Shown here piece after piece: positions 8,537 to 17,410 of a DNA stretch of 50,571 nucleotides. How positions within the stretch are numbered: the first letter of the stretch is position 1; each line of letters starts with the position of its first letter. The notes below the pieces were generated by a model that was not told the origin of the DNA, ran no database searches, and saw only the letters and a program-made list of their open reading frames with translations. The DNA is from Pseudomonadota bacterium. GTDB lineage: Bacteria; Myxococcota_A; Polyangia; Polyangiales; DASUME01. The translations under genes were made by a program, and so were the position numbers. The stretch lies in contig JBEGTL010000002.1 in the NCBI GenBank assembly GCA_041179425.1, positions 1 through 50,571 of the forward strand, in the 5' to 3' direction.

Positions 8537-9236
8537 CACCCCCACCTCGCGAGCGCAGCTCGGCCCGCGCTCACCTGAGACCATCGCGCGGCGCTACGGC
8601 GCCGTCATGTCGGCCTTCAGCGCGCGCGCTCAGGCGCGCATCCAGAGCTGGATGGCGGAGGGCTCGGTGCTCGACCGCGTGCCTGCGCTGCGCGCGGACC
8701 TGTACGAGCTGGCCCAGCGCACGGAGAAGTCCGCGCGCGCGGTCGGAGCCGCCGTCACCCGCCTCGGCAGGGTCGACGTCGCGCGCATGCTACGCCTCAA
8801 GCCCATTCGCGGCTCGCACGAGGACGAGACTGCCTTCCTGGACCGCTGGTCGGAGCACCAGGTCGGCTTGCTGCGCAACGTCGTAGACAGGCAGCTGAAG
8901 GCCATCACGGACCCGATGGAGAACGACCCGCTCGGGAAGCTCTGGATTGTGCGCAACCACGCCCAGCTGGTCGCCCACAACGAGACCTTCGCCCTGAGCG
9001 ACGACGTCATCGGGTTCTGGTCGGCGCAGGCCGGCGAGGACGAGTACATCTGGCTGACCCGCGGCGACGACCGCGTGCGTCCCGGGCACGCCGTGCTCGA
9101 CGGCACGGTGCAGCGCAGCGACTCTCCGCCATTCACGGGGTCTCGCGAAGGCAACAACCACCCAGGGCACGCCCCCGGGTGTCGCTGCCAGCGCATGCCA
9201 CACCGGGCACTCGAGGTCGGGCGCCCGCTCCGGTGA
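8520..9236 (+). CDS. Head morphogenesis protein (Mu F / SPP1 gp7 family)
   Basis: RPGHAVLDGTV...PGHAPGCRCQ C-terminal signature. Follows the portal gene. Confidence 0.8.
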   Translation: MTSRRNTPTSRAQLGPRSPETIARRYGAVMSAFSARAQARIQSWMAEGSVLDRVPALRADLYELAQRTEKSARAVGAAVTRLGRVDVARMLRLKPIRGSHEDETAFLDRWSEHQVGLLRNVVDRQLKAITDPMENDPLGKLWIVRNHAQLVAHNETFALSDDVIGFWSAQAGEDEYIWLTRGDDRVRPGHAVLDGTVQRSDSPPFTGSREGNNHPGHAPGCRCQRMPHRALEVGRPLR

Positions 9237-9248
9237 TAGACTGAGGGC

Positions 9249-10958
9249 ATGGCAAGCTCGCTCGGCTCGATTCCCGAAGATTTCCCCATCCATGGCGTCT
9301 ACGAGTGCCCCCTGGTCGCCGAGCTGCCGTCGCTCATTTACGGCATGCGCGCGACCTTCCGCGAGCTCATCTGGGACGCGGAGGGAGGCTTCGCCGACGA
9401 CTGGCGCGACCGCAGCTCGGTCGAGGGCACGCCCGAGGACGGGTATACGTTCCGTATCAGCCGTCGGGCTTTCAGTGCGGCCAACATGGGCATCTTCGCC
9501 GCTGGCGCGGGCTCCGGTGGCGGTGGCGTTTCGGGCGGCGCAACCGTCGTCCTGGCGCTCGCGCCCGGCCTGAACTCGAACGTCGAGATTCCCGACGTCG
9601 CGACCGTGAGCGTGGTGGCCGCGACCGGCGACACCGACACGGTGCTCGACTCCATTCTGCGCCCGCCACCCGCTGGCGGAGGTGACCCCGAGGCCACCGA
9701 CTACCACTCGGTCATCTTCGTCAACGACCAGGCCACGAACTCACTCATCCTGCGCCCCGGCAAGGGCACGCCTTTCGCAGACCTCGTGACGCCCGACGGC
9801 GAGGACTACGTACTCGGCCCGCGCGAGGGCGCGGTGCTGGTATATCTGCACTACGTGAGCGCCTGGACCGTGCACCCGCTCGCCAAGCCCGACACCGGTG
9901 ACGCTGTCAGCCTCCACGGCACGGCAGTCCCCGCCCTGTCCGACGGTGTGCTGACGTCCGCAAGTGGAGTTCTGTCATGGGCGGCCGCTGCTGGCACCGG
10001 AGACGTCATCGGCCCGGCTGGTGCTGTGGCGGACCGCGTCGCCGTCTACAACGGCGCCACCGGCAAGCTCATCAAAGATGGCGGCAAGACGATTGCAGCG
10101 GTGGAGGCCAGCGCTGCAGCTACGGCAACCGCGGCCGCTGCCACGTACACCGACACCCACGGACTCTGGTTCACGGGTCTGGACACCGACTTCACTGTGC
10201 TACCTGCCCAGACCATCATCACCGGCGCGAACGTCATCGGTGGTAAGACGTGGACCGGCGTGGACATCGGTACGTACTCGAACTTGTTCGCCATCCAGCT
10301 GGGAGTCGGTCTGCAGATGAAGGCCAACGCGCTGAACAGCGGCATGTACAACACGTTCCGCACTATGTCCCACATCAAGATTCGCCTCTCTGACATCTGC
10401 CCTGGAATCCACTTGAAGTCGCGCGTGCGCATCACCGCGGTCCAGGAGACCACTGGGGAGACTGCGGGCTCCGAGGTCACGCAGGTGGCACTGGGCTCGT
10501 GGACCCACCACGCCACCGACGTCAGCATGGTGCGCCTGGTGAACGGCTTCATCACGGGAGCGAACCAGAACCGTGTCGACGGGTGGCGCACAAGCACGTA
10601 CGTGGACAATGACGACACGGCGCAGCCAGCCGCGAACCGTCAGGGGCAGATTCAGCTCGACTCCATCCCGGAGTGGCAGGGACACTTCCTGAGCTCCCCG
10701 TACACGCTCGCCACACCAGTGGTGTGGAACGACCCCAAGACGTTCGTCAAATCGAGGGGCTTCGACTTCCTGGCTAAGTACCGCGCAGTGCTCGGCGTTT
10801 CGGGAAACGGATTTCTGCAGACCAACTACGCTGACGCCCCGGTGAACCGCGATGTCACCGAACTGGCAGTGCTGGTGTCGGTGTCCACCGGCAACACCGC
10901 CAACAACACGTCATTGCTGGGGTCACTGCGGGCCCTCCGCATCGAGTACACAAAGTAG
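9249..10958 (+). CDS. Fibre-like structural protein encoded in the head module
   Basis: 569 aa. GPAGAVADRVAVYNGATGKLIKDGGKTIA is a motif common in phage fibre proteins. TAGACT lies 6 nt upstream of the ATG. Confidence 0.55.
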   Translation: MASSLGSIPEDFPIHGVYECPLVAELPSLIYGMRATFRELIWDAEGGFADDWRDRSSVEGTPEDGYTFRISRRAFSAANMGIFAAGAGSGGGGVSGGATVVLALAPGLNSNVEIPDVATVSVVAATGDTDTVLDSILRPPPAGGGDPEATDYHSVIFVNDQATNSLILRPGKGTPFADLVTPDGEDYVLGPREGAVLVYLHYVSAWTVHPLAKPDTGDAVSLHGTAVPALSDGVLTSASGVLSWAAAAGTGDVIGPAGAVADRVAVYNGATGKLIKDGGKTIAAVEASAAATATAAAATYTDTHGLWFTGLDTDFTVLPAQTIITGANVIGGKTWTGVDIGTYSNLFAIQLGVGLQMKANALNSGMYNTFRTMSHIKIRLSDICPGIHLKSRVRITAVQETTGETAGSEVTQVALGSWTHHATDVSMVRLVNGFITGANQNRVDGWRTSTYVDNDDTAQPAANRQGQIQLDSIPEWQGHFLSSPYTLATPVVWNDPKTFVKSRGFDFLAKYRAVLGVSGNGFLQTNYADAPVNRDVTELAVLVSVSTGNTANNTSLLGSLRALRIEYTK

Positions 10959-10976
10959 GCGTGCTAACCTTCAGGC

Positions 10977-12050
10977 ATGGCACTTGAACGGTTCATTGAC
11001 CGCCGCGCAGGCAAGCTCTCCAACGTCCGCCGCACCCCGCAGGGTGGCTTCCTAGTCGACGCCACGCTCGCGAAGGTGGGCGTCATGGAGTATTGGACCA
11101 ACCCGAACTCGACGCCCCAGCCGACCAAGCTGGTAGTGCGCCGGTACAACCCCGCGACAACCCTGCAGGATGCCTGCCAGGGCGTGGCGGTGGCCCCGGT
11201 GACCATGGGCCACCCCAAGGAGTTCGTGGACACGGGCAACTACCAGAAGCTGGCCGCCGGGCACGTGGTGGGCATGCCGACGTTCGCGGACGGACACATC
11301 AAGGCGACCCTGGCCATCCAGGACGCCGCGCTCATCCGCGCCATCGAGCTCGGCGAGTGCCGCGAGGTCTCGATGGGCTACTACGCCGAGCACGACAACA
11401 CGCCGGGCGTCGCCGAGAATGGTGAAGCCTACGACGAATCTCGTGTCAAAATCGAATGGAACCACATCGCTGTGGTCCCGGCTGGCCGTGCGGGAAAGAC
11501 CGTGCGCCTCATGCTCGACAGCGCAGAAATCCCCCAGGAACCAGAGGAAACCATGCTCAGAATCGGCGACAAGGAAGTGGCAGCGGACGAGGCGCAGGGC
11601 GCTCTGGACGCGTTCTCGGGCCTCATGCAGGGCCAAGTGGCCAACCTCACGACCGAGCGCGACGCCGCGCGCGGCGAGCTCGCCGGCCTACAGGCACAGG
11701 TTGCCGAGCTGACCACGAAGCTTGCTGCGGCCGAGAGCGACAGCGCGCTCGATGCTCGCCTGGAAGCTCGCCTGGCTGCCGAGAAGGACGCCGCCGAGAA
11801 GGCAACGCGCCGCGCCAGCGTCGCCAAGCATTTCCCCTCCATCTCGCTTGACGGCCAGTCCGAGGACTTCGTCAACGGTCTGTTCGCTGCCATCCCCTCC
11901 GAGCCCACGGGCGAGGTCGATGAGCTGGTGAACGTGCGCACGGTGGTGCCGCCCACCACGGACTCCAAGCCGAAGCCCGAGTCCGCTGAGGACGCTCGCC
12001 GTCGGGTAGAGGCTGAGCAGCGCGACGAGTGGAAGCGCTCCGCGGAGTAA
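10977..12050 (+). CDS. Scaffold/prohead protease-like protein (DUF2213-like)
   Basis: Position between portal/MuF and capsid. The C-terminal half is a long Ala/Glu coiled coil, typical of scaffolds. Confidence 0.65.
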   Translation: MALERFIDRRAGKLSNVRRTPQGGFLVDATLAKVGVMEYWTNPNSTPQPTKLVVRRYNPATTLQDACQGVAVAPVTMGHPKEFVDTGNYQKLAAGHVVGMPTFADGHIKATLAIQDAALIRAIELGECREVSMGYYAEHDNTPGVAENGEAYDESRVKIEWNHIAVVPAGRAGKTVRLMLDSAEIPQEPEETMLRIGDKEVAADEAQGALDAFSGLMQGQVANLTTERDAARGELAGLQAQVAELTTKLAAAESDSALDARLEARLAAEKDAAEKATRRASVAKHFPSISLDGQSEDFVNGLFAAIPSEPTGEVDELVNVRTVVPPTTDSKPKPESAEDARRRVEAEQRDEWKRSAE

Positions 12051-12134
12051 GTGCTACGCTTCACGTATCGCCGGTGAGTTGTCACCGGCCAAACAAGGGC
12101 CGACGTGCTCTGACGTCGGAGAAAAGGTAACAAC

Positions 12135-13046
12135 GTGCCGGTTATTCAGTCTACTTTTGGTCAGCAAGTCTTCTCGATGCTCCCTGGCACGTTCCAGGGC
12201 GCGTACGAAGAGCGCTCCGTTTCTCCGAAGTTCGCACGCGGTCTGCTCCGCGCCGGCCTGGGTGCCTTCAAGGTCCAGGGCTTCGGCGGCGCCGGCTCGC
12301 GCAACAGCACCGACCCGGGCGAAGTGTTCCAGATTCCCTCGCCCTCGGGCGCAGTGGACGTGGACGCCATCGGCTCCGCGGTGTCCTCGGCGACGGGTCT
12401 CAAGACCGTCGGCAGCGGCGTGACCGCTGGCGTGGTCACCAGCGACATGCAGCCCGCGCGCAAGCTCACCGTGACGTTCGACGCGAGCACCGACTGGGAT
12501 GCGACCGTCGCCGTCATCACGTACGTGAACAACGAGGGCAAGACGGTCTCGGAGAACCTTGCCGTCGCTACCTCCACCACGGCGACCACGGTTGGTTACG
12601 CCAAGTCGTTCGTCTCGCTGAGCATTCCCGCTCAGACGGGCTCGGGCGGCACCGCGACCATCGGCATCTCGGCGATGAGCGCGCTCACCATCGCTGACTT
12701 CGCGGGCGTCGTCCTGCGCCAGTCCATCAAGACGATGGTCAACCCCTCGAACCTGTACATCGGGCCGACCTCCGATGGCATCACCAACGCCAACACCCTG
12801 GCTCACTACGTGGACGGTGACACCGTTCCCTGCGTGCGTCGCGGTCTCCTGAGCGTGTTCACCGAGGAAGCTACCTCGGACATGGACCCGGTCTACATGC
12901 GCATCGCAAGCGGCGCTGGTGGCTCTCTGCTCGGCGCCTTCCGCAACGATGCGGACACGGCCAGCTGCGTGCTCGTGACCGGCGCGCGCTTCGTGCGCGA
13001 CCAGGCGAGCGGCGTGGGCGTGGTTCACCTCGGCCTCGGATACTAA
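12135..13046 (+). CDS. Head decoration/structural protein
   Basis: GTG start with GGAGAAAAGG upstream. Lies directly before the capsid gene and is followed by a terminator. Confidence 0.55.
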   Translation: MPVIQSTFGQQVFSMLPGTFQGAYEERSVSPKFARGLLRAGLGAFKVQGFGGAGSRNSTDPGEVFQIPSPSGAVDVDAIGSAVSSATGLKTVGSGVTAGVVTSDMQPARKLTVTFDASTDWDATVAVITYVNNEGKTVSENLAVATSTTATTVGYAKSFVSLSIPAQTGSGGTATIGISAMSALTIADFAGVVLRQSIKTMVNPSNLYIGPTSDGITNANTLAHYVDGDTVPCVRRGLLSVFTEEATSDMDPVYMRIASGAGGSLLGAFRNDADTASCVLVTGARFVRDQASGVGVVHLGLGY

Positions 13047-13068
13047 GCCACTGCACCTGACGGTGCTC

Positions 13069-13105
13069 GCGGTCCGCTTCTTCGGAGGCGGGCCGCTTTG
13101 TTTTT
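13069..13105 (+). terminator. Intrinsic terminator
   Basis: Stem GCGGTCCGC / GCGGGCCGC (one G-T pair), 10-nt loop, then TTTGTTTTT. Confidence 0.75.
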
Positions 13106-13141
13106 GGTGCGCCACCTTGCACTCAGGCAAAAGTCGCGTGC

Positions 13142-13147
13142 TAGGCT
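13142..13147 (+). promoter_or_regulatory. -10-like GTGCTAGGCT upstream of the capsid gene (57-nt leader)
   Basis: Same GCTANNNT motif as at other gene starts. Lies between the terminator and the capsid gene. Confidence 0.45.
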
Positions 13148-13204
13148 ACTAACAGTTTGCAAGCCGCCTCTCACTGGCGGTCCCAACAAGAGGAACCACC
13201 TACC

Positions 13205-14197
13205 ATGATTCGCACCTATGATGAGAAGGCGGCCGAGCTGTTTGCGGACATCTCGGCAGTACCCGAGTACTTCGTTCGCGACAGCGCAAGCTGGGCCAAG
13301 GATGCCCAGGAGACGCTCGTCTTCGCCCGTCAGCTTGAGACCATCAAGCGCCGGATGTACGAGGTCAAGTACCCCGAGCTGAAGAACCGCAAGTTCGTGC
13401 CCGAGAGCAACGAGGCTGGCGAGAGCACCGAGTACCTGACGTTCCGCATCTGGCAGGACTACGTCATGGCCAAGGTGTACGTCAACTACATGACGGACAT
13501 CCCGATGGTCACGGCCTCGGGCTCCGAGGTCTCGGTCAAGCCCTACTCGGTGGTCGACGGCTACCAGTACAGCGTGGACGACCTCCGCAGCGCGCGCGCC
13601 GCGAACCTCCCCCTCATCGACAAGCTCGCGAAGGCCGTCAAGACCGGCATCGAGCTCGCGCGCGAGCAGCACGTCGCGTTCGGCACGCCCGAGGCGAACA
13701 GCTACGGCCTGCTCAACCACCCGAACGTCACGCTCATCACGCTGCCCACCGGCACGTGGTCGGGCGCCACGGCAGAGCAGATTCTGGCCGACCTCAACCA
13801 CCTCGTGACCACGATGGTCGACGGCACGAACGAGCTGTTCGCTGGCGACACCCTGGTCATGTCCGTGGCGGCCAAGCGTCTCCTCGAGACCAAGCTGATG
13901 AGCGCTGGCAACAGCGCAGGCGTGTCGGTCCTCGACATGTTCCGCAAGCAGAACGATGGCATCGCCATCGAGACCTGGACGCTCCTGAACGACGCGAACG
14001 CAGCCGGCACCGGCCCGCGCATCCTGTTCTACAAGCGCAGCCCCGAGGTCCTCGAGTTCGAGGTGGCCATCCCCTTCGAGCAGATGCCCGTCGAAGTTCG
14101 CTCGCTCACGTACTCGGTGGTCTGCCGCGCGAAGTGGTTCGGCGTCCAGATTCAGTACCCGGCAGCGCTCTCGTACGCCGACAACGCTGGCGTCTAA
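13205..14197 (+). CDS. Major capsid protein (DUF2184-like)
   Basis: The N-terminal region ...LVFARQLETIKRRMYEVKYPELKNRKFVP...NYMTDIPMV matches the DUF2184 capsid pattern. Flanked by terminators. The ORF is open from 13157. Confidence 0.8.
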   Translation: MIRTYDEKAAELFADISAVPEYFVRDSASWAKDAQETLVFARQLETIKRRMYEVKYPELKNRKFVPESNEAGESTEYLTFRIWQDYVMAKVYVNYMTDIPMVTASGSEVSVKPYSVVDGYQYSVDDLRSARAANLPLIDKLAKAVKTGIELAREQHVAFGTPEANSYGLLNHPNVTLITLPTGTWSGATAEQILADLNHLVTTMVDGTNELFAGDTLVMSVAAKRLLETKLMSAGNSAGVSVLDMFRKQNDGIAIETWTLLNDANAAGTGPRILFYKRSPEVLEFEVAIPFEQMPVEVRSLTYSVVCRAKWFGVQIQYPAALSYADNAGV

Positions 14198-14299
14198 AGC
14201 GCAGGTGTGCCACTCTTGGGGTGGCAACCTAAAGCTGGCGAGCTCAAACGTACCTGCCAACGATAACGCACTGACCCTTCGGGTCGCAGCGTGAACCCA

Positions 14300-14336
14300 C
14301 AGCCCTCCCGGAAACGGTCGAGGGCTGTTTCTTTTT
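14300..14336 (+). terminator. Intrinsic terminator after the capsid gene
   Basis: Stem CAGCCCTC / GAGGGCTG, 12-nt loop, then TTTCTTTTT. Confidence 0.8.
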
Positions 14337-14376
14337 GGCTTGAGCGGGGTAGCGGTGGCGTGAGAGCATAGTCCTC

Positions 14377-14916
14377 ATGGGCAAGACGGACAAACGCACC
14401 GCGGAGGAGCACCGCACCAAGTACAAGGAGTACTATCAGCGCGTCATCAAGCCGGTGAGAGAGGCTGCTAGGCCTCTGTGCAGCGCCCCCGGGTGCACGT
14501 CAAAAACCATATACATCCGCGGCAAGTTCTGCAAAGAGCACCGAGACCTCCAAGCACTAAAAGTGGTGGCGGACACCACCTCCTGGTACCACAAGAATCG
14601 CGAAAAGGTAACGGACCGGAGGCTGCAGCGGGCTTACGGAATCACCTTGAAGCAAGCTCGGGAGATGCTGGCTTCTCAGGGCGGTGTCTGCGCTATCTGC
14701 AAGAACTTGCTGGAGGACCAGGCGTGTGCAGGCAAGTCTCGAAGAGGCACGGTCATAGACCACTGCCACGAGACTGGACTCGTGAGGGGAGTCCTGTGCA
14801 GCTTGTGCAACAAAGGTTTGGGCCACTTCTCAGATAACCCTGAGTTTTTGGGCGCTGCCATAAGCTATCTGGCAGGAGCCACACAAAACCCTTGCCTCGG
14901 GGACGGCGCGCGCTAG
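14377..14916 (+). CDS. Recombination endonuclease VII family protein (free-standing)
   Basis: CAICKN...DHCHETGLVRGVLCSLCNKGLGHF signature. Codon usage is visibly less GC-rich than in its neighbours. Confidence 0.8.
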   Translation: MGKTDKRTAEEHRTKYKEYYQRVIKPVREAARPLCSAPGCTSKTIYIRGKFCKEHRDLQALKVVADTTSWYHKNREKVTDRRLQRAYGITLKQAREMLASQGGVCAICKNLLEDQACAGKSRRGTVIDHCHETGLVRGVLCSLCNKGLGHFSDNPEFLGAAISYLAGATQNPCLGDGAR

Positions 14917-14925
14917 CATCGGGGT

Positions 14926-15465
14926 ATGAGTGACAACTACAGCGTGCGCGGTATCGAGAACCACACCTCGAGACTCATCATTTTGCCCCCCACGTACACC
15001 TTCCCCAAGGGAGTGCGGCTCGTCCCCGGTCTCAACCGCGTCCCGGAGCTCTACTTCGAGGAAGCCGAGCAGTACGAGCTGCCCGAGCGCGAAATCGAGA
15101 GCTTCGGCCGCAAGGTCAAGGTGCCCGCGCGCAAGCCCATCACGGAGGCGCTCGCCGACCTGCAGAAGCCGCTCTACCGCGCCGAGAACAAGGCCACCGG
15201 CGCCAGCGCCAGCGCGCGCCGCTTCCGTGGCGTGAACGGCCCCTACTCGGGACCGCAAATCACCATCTACCGTGACCCGCTCGCCATCGAGGGCCGCGAG
15301 GACGGGCCACCCCCGCCCGACTTCCTCCCCGAGGACAAGAAGCAGGCGAGAGCCATCATCGAGGTGACCACCGACCGAGCCGCGCTGAAGAAGTGGGCAG
15401 GCCAGGGTCGCGGGGAAATCGCGCAGGCAGCTGCCGCGAAGCTGTTGGCGCTCGGCAATGGCTAA
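14926..15465 (+). CDS. Hypothetical protein
   Basis: 179-aa ORF. TAGCAT lies 6 nt upstream of the ATG. Confidence 0.55.
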   Translation: MSDNYSVRGIENHTSRLIILPPTYTFPKGVRLVPGLNRVPELYFEEAEQYELPEREIESFGRKVKVPARKPITEALADLQKPLYRAENKATGASASARRFRGVNGPYSGPQITIYRDPLAIEGREDGPPPPDFLPEDKKQARAIIEVTTDRAALKKWAGQGRGEIAQAAAAKLLALGNG

Positions 15466-15625
15466 AAAGTTCAACCACAAGCGCACATGGCTGTGCGAGG
15501 AGTGCGGTGCGGCGCAAGCCGAGTCCGACAATCCGCCCGACAGCTGCCAGTGGTGTGCGTGCCAGTTCTTCGACAACCTGCATGACGTCCTGAAGGCGCG
15601 CGCGCCCGAGCAGCTGGAAGCCTGA
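15458..15625 (+). CDS. Small zinc-ribbon protein (55 aa), absent from the ORF track
   Basis: MAKKFNHKRTWLCEECGAAQAESDNPPDSCQWCACQFF... has CxxC...CxxC. High GC3. Overlaps the upstream stop. Confidence 0.5.
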   Translation: MAKKFNHKRTWLCEECGAAQAESDNPPDSCQWCACQFFDNLHDVLKARAPEQLEA

Positions 15626-15636
15626 TAGACTCCAGG

Positions 15637-15930
15637 ATGGCCGTCCCTGTCATCACCGTTGCCGCCTTCCTGGAGATGTTCCCCGAGTTCGAGGAAGCCG
15701 ACGAGGCACTCGTGCTCAAGCACATCGCCATGGCCGCCACGCGCACCGCCTCCGGCATCTACACCGCGGAGCAGCAGGAGCAAGCGGTCGGCCTGAAGGC
15801 GGCCACGCTGCTCTTGAAGAGCCCGTGGGCGCGCAAAGCGCGGCTGGTCGATGACACGCAGGCGTTCATCTGGGCGGGAGAGCTCTACGAGCTGCAGCGG
15901 TCCGCCACGATGGGCCTGCGCAACACCTAA
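15637..15930 (+). CDS. Head-tail connector-like protein (DUF4054-like)
   Basis: ITVAAFLEMFPEFEEADEALVLKHIAMA N-terminal pattern. TAGACT lies 5 nt upstream. Confidence 0.55.
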   Translation: MAVPVITVAAFLEMFPEFEEADEALVLKHIAMAATRTASGIYTAEQQEQAVGLKAATLLLKSPWARKARLVDDTQAFIWAGELYELQRSATMGLRNT

Positions 15931-16100
15931 AGGTCGGCCTCGAGCTCCAGTACGCGGTTGCCCGCATAGTCCTCGATGAGCTTGAGCCCGATGCCCCTGA
16001 TGTACATCAAGCCACACTCACTATCCTTGACGCCGACCAGCACGTCTCCGTGCCGCTCCTTGGCGGCCTCGAGTCGGACGATGAGCTCGGAGAGTTTCAC
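15927..16100 (-). CDS. Small reverse-strand protein (57 aa)
   Basis: GTG 16100 overlaps the TGA of the upstream minus gene (GTGA). Good GC3. Its stop overlaps the stop of 15637-15930 convergently. Confidence 0.5.
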   Translation of the reverse strand: MKLSELIVRLEAAKERHGDVLVGVKDSECGLMYIRGIGLKLIEDYAGNRVLELEADL

Positions 16101-16342
16101 TTGAGGATGCCCAGGACGCGCTTGTCGCGCTCCGAGAGCTTGGCCAGCGCTTCGCGGCGCAGGCGCGGTAGCTCGGCGGCCTCGTGCGCGTCGTACCACT
16201 GGGAGATGGGCTTGGGCAGCTTGAGCTTGGCGTTGGTGACCACCGTGCACAGGTCGCACAGGTAGCCCTGCACGAGCTTGAGCTCCGCGCGCAGGTCTTC
16301 GTTGATTTCAGACGGGCTGGGCCCGCCACCGGAACATGGCAT
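16097..16342 (-). CDS. Small reverse-strand protein (81 aa)
   Basis: ATG 16342 is preceded by GGAGGAG. Excellent GC3. It is the C-terminal part of track ORF 16097-16843. Confidence 0.6.
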   Translation of the reverse strand: MPCSGGGPSPSEINEDLRAELKLVQGYLCDLCTVVTNAKLKLPKPISQWYDAHEAAELPRLRREALAKLSERDKRVLGILK

Positions 16343-16362
16343 GTGTTTCTCCTCCAGCCACG

Positions 16363-16372
16363 ATGCTAGGTT
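16363..16372. promoter_or_regulatory. Overlapping divergent -10-like hexamers (TAGGTT plus, TAGCAT minus)
   Basis: ATGCTAGGTT: TAGGTT lies 6 nt before ATG 16379. On the other strand TAGCAT precedes a 20-nt leader with GGAGGAG before ATG 16342. Confidence 0.4.
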
Positions 16373-16378
16373 GAAGCA

Positions 16379-17101
16379 ATGCTCAAGGTCAAGACCAAAG
16401 TAAAGGAGAAGGGCCCCGGCTTTGCGAAGCTCATCAGCGAGCTCGCGGGTGGCACCATCACCATCGGCGTGCAGGGCGAAGAGGCCACTATGCAGCACCC
16501 GAACACCGACCTCTCGGTGGGCGAGCTCGCGGCCGTGCACGAGCTCGGTCTGGGCGTCAAGGAGCGCTCGTGGCTCCGCAGCTGGTTCGACCAGAACCAG
16601 GCGCGCATCCAGGCCGAGACGCGCGCTGCGCTGGCGCAGGTGGCCGTCCGCCGCGTCTCGCGCAAGCAGGCACTCGAGGAGCTGGGCTACCGCTGGACCG
16701 ATGAGATTCGGGAGAACATCCAGATGGGCCGCATCACGCCCCCGCTCGCCCAGGCGACCATCGACGCCAAGGGTCACGACATCCCGCTCCTCGAGAGCGG
16801 CGTGCTGATGAACTCCATCACCTTTCGTCTGTTCCTTTCGCAAATCAAGAGCGTCGCTGACCCGTCGCTACGCGCTGCCCTGCGCGCGGGAGTGGCCCGC
16901 AAGAAGAAGACGCCCGGTGTGCGCATGCGCCAGCACCGTCAGGTGCGCTCCCAGATGGCGAAGGCGGCCAACCTACTGTGGATGTGGCGCAAGCTCAGGA
17001 AGGCGCTCACACAGAAGCGCGGCAGCGACTTCAGGAACCACGGCTTCAAGAACTCGGGGCGGGGCGGGCTCACCGGCCGCGCAGGTTTCCCTCGACGGTA
17101 G
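16379..17101 (+). CDS. Minor structural / head-tail joining protein
   Basis: 240-aa ORF in the connector region. The function is assigned from position only. Confidence 0.45.
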   Translation: MLKVKTKVKEKGPGFAKLISELAGGTITIGVQGEEATMQHPNTDLSVGELAAVHELGLGVKERSWLRSWFDQNQARIQAETRAALAQVAVRRVSRKQALEELGYRWTDEIRENIQMGRITPPLAQATIDAKGHDIPLLESGVLMNSITFRLFLSQIKSVADPSLRAALRAGVARKKKTPGVRMRQHRQVRSQMAKAANLLWMWRKLRKALTQKRGSDFRNHGFKNSGRGGLTGRAGFPRR

Positions 17102-17126
17102 GTTCTGGCTCGTGCATGCTGGGCTC

Positions 17127-17387
17127 ATGAAAGACCCAACCATCTTCGAAAAAGTAGAATGGGAAGGCCAAGGCTACCGCGATGAGCGCGGCGCCCGCGT
17201 CCGGTTCTCCAAACAAGTCTGCGTGCTGGTCGACGGCGAGCAGCTAGACACGAAGCTCTGCTTCACCACTCGAGACGGCGTGCCGGCGCCGTGTCTCCGA
17301 GTGGACGGCGAGCGCATCAACTTCGACGACGCGGGCTTCGACATCGAGGTAGCCAGCGACTGTATCTTCGCTGCCAAAGCGGTCTGA
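17127..17387 (+). CDS. Hypothetical protein
   Basis: ATG 17127 lies within track ORF 16917-17387. Coding-like only from MKDPTIFEK onward. Confidence 0.45.
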   Translation: MKDPTIFEKVEWEGQGYRDERGARVRFSKQVCVLVDGEQLDTKLCFTTRDGVPAPCLRVDGERINFDDAGFDIEVASDCIFAAKAV

Positions 17388-17410
17388 GGCGAAGCGTGCT
17401 ATCCTACTGG

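Noticed and set aside
12054-14260. Long reverse-strand ORFs (12054-13130, 13043-14260; likewise 22200-23699, 24873-26222, 38788-40416, 44662-45636, 4426-5550, 7220-8584)
   Set aside because: They lie entirely antisense to genes with clear family signatures. Their products are Arg/Gly/Ala/His-rich and of low complexity. Such shadow ORFs are expected in GC-rich DNA, where stop codons are rare in the mirror frames.
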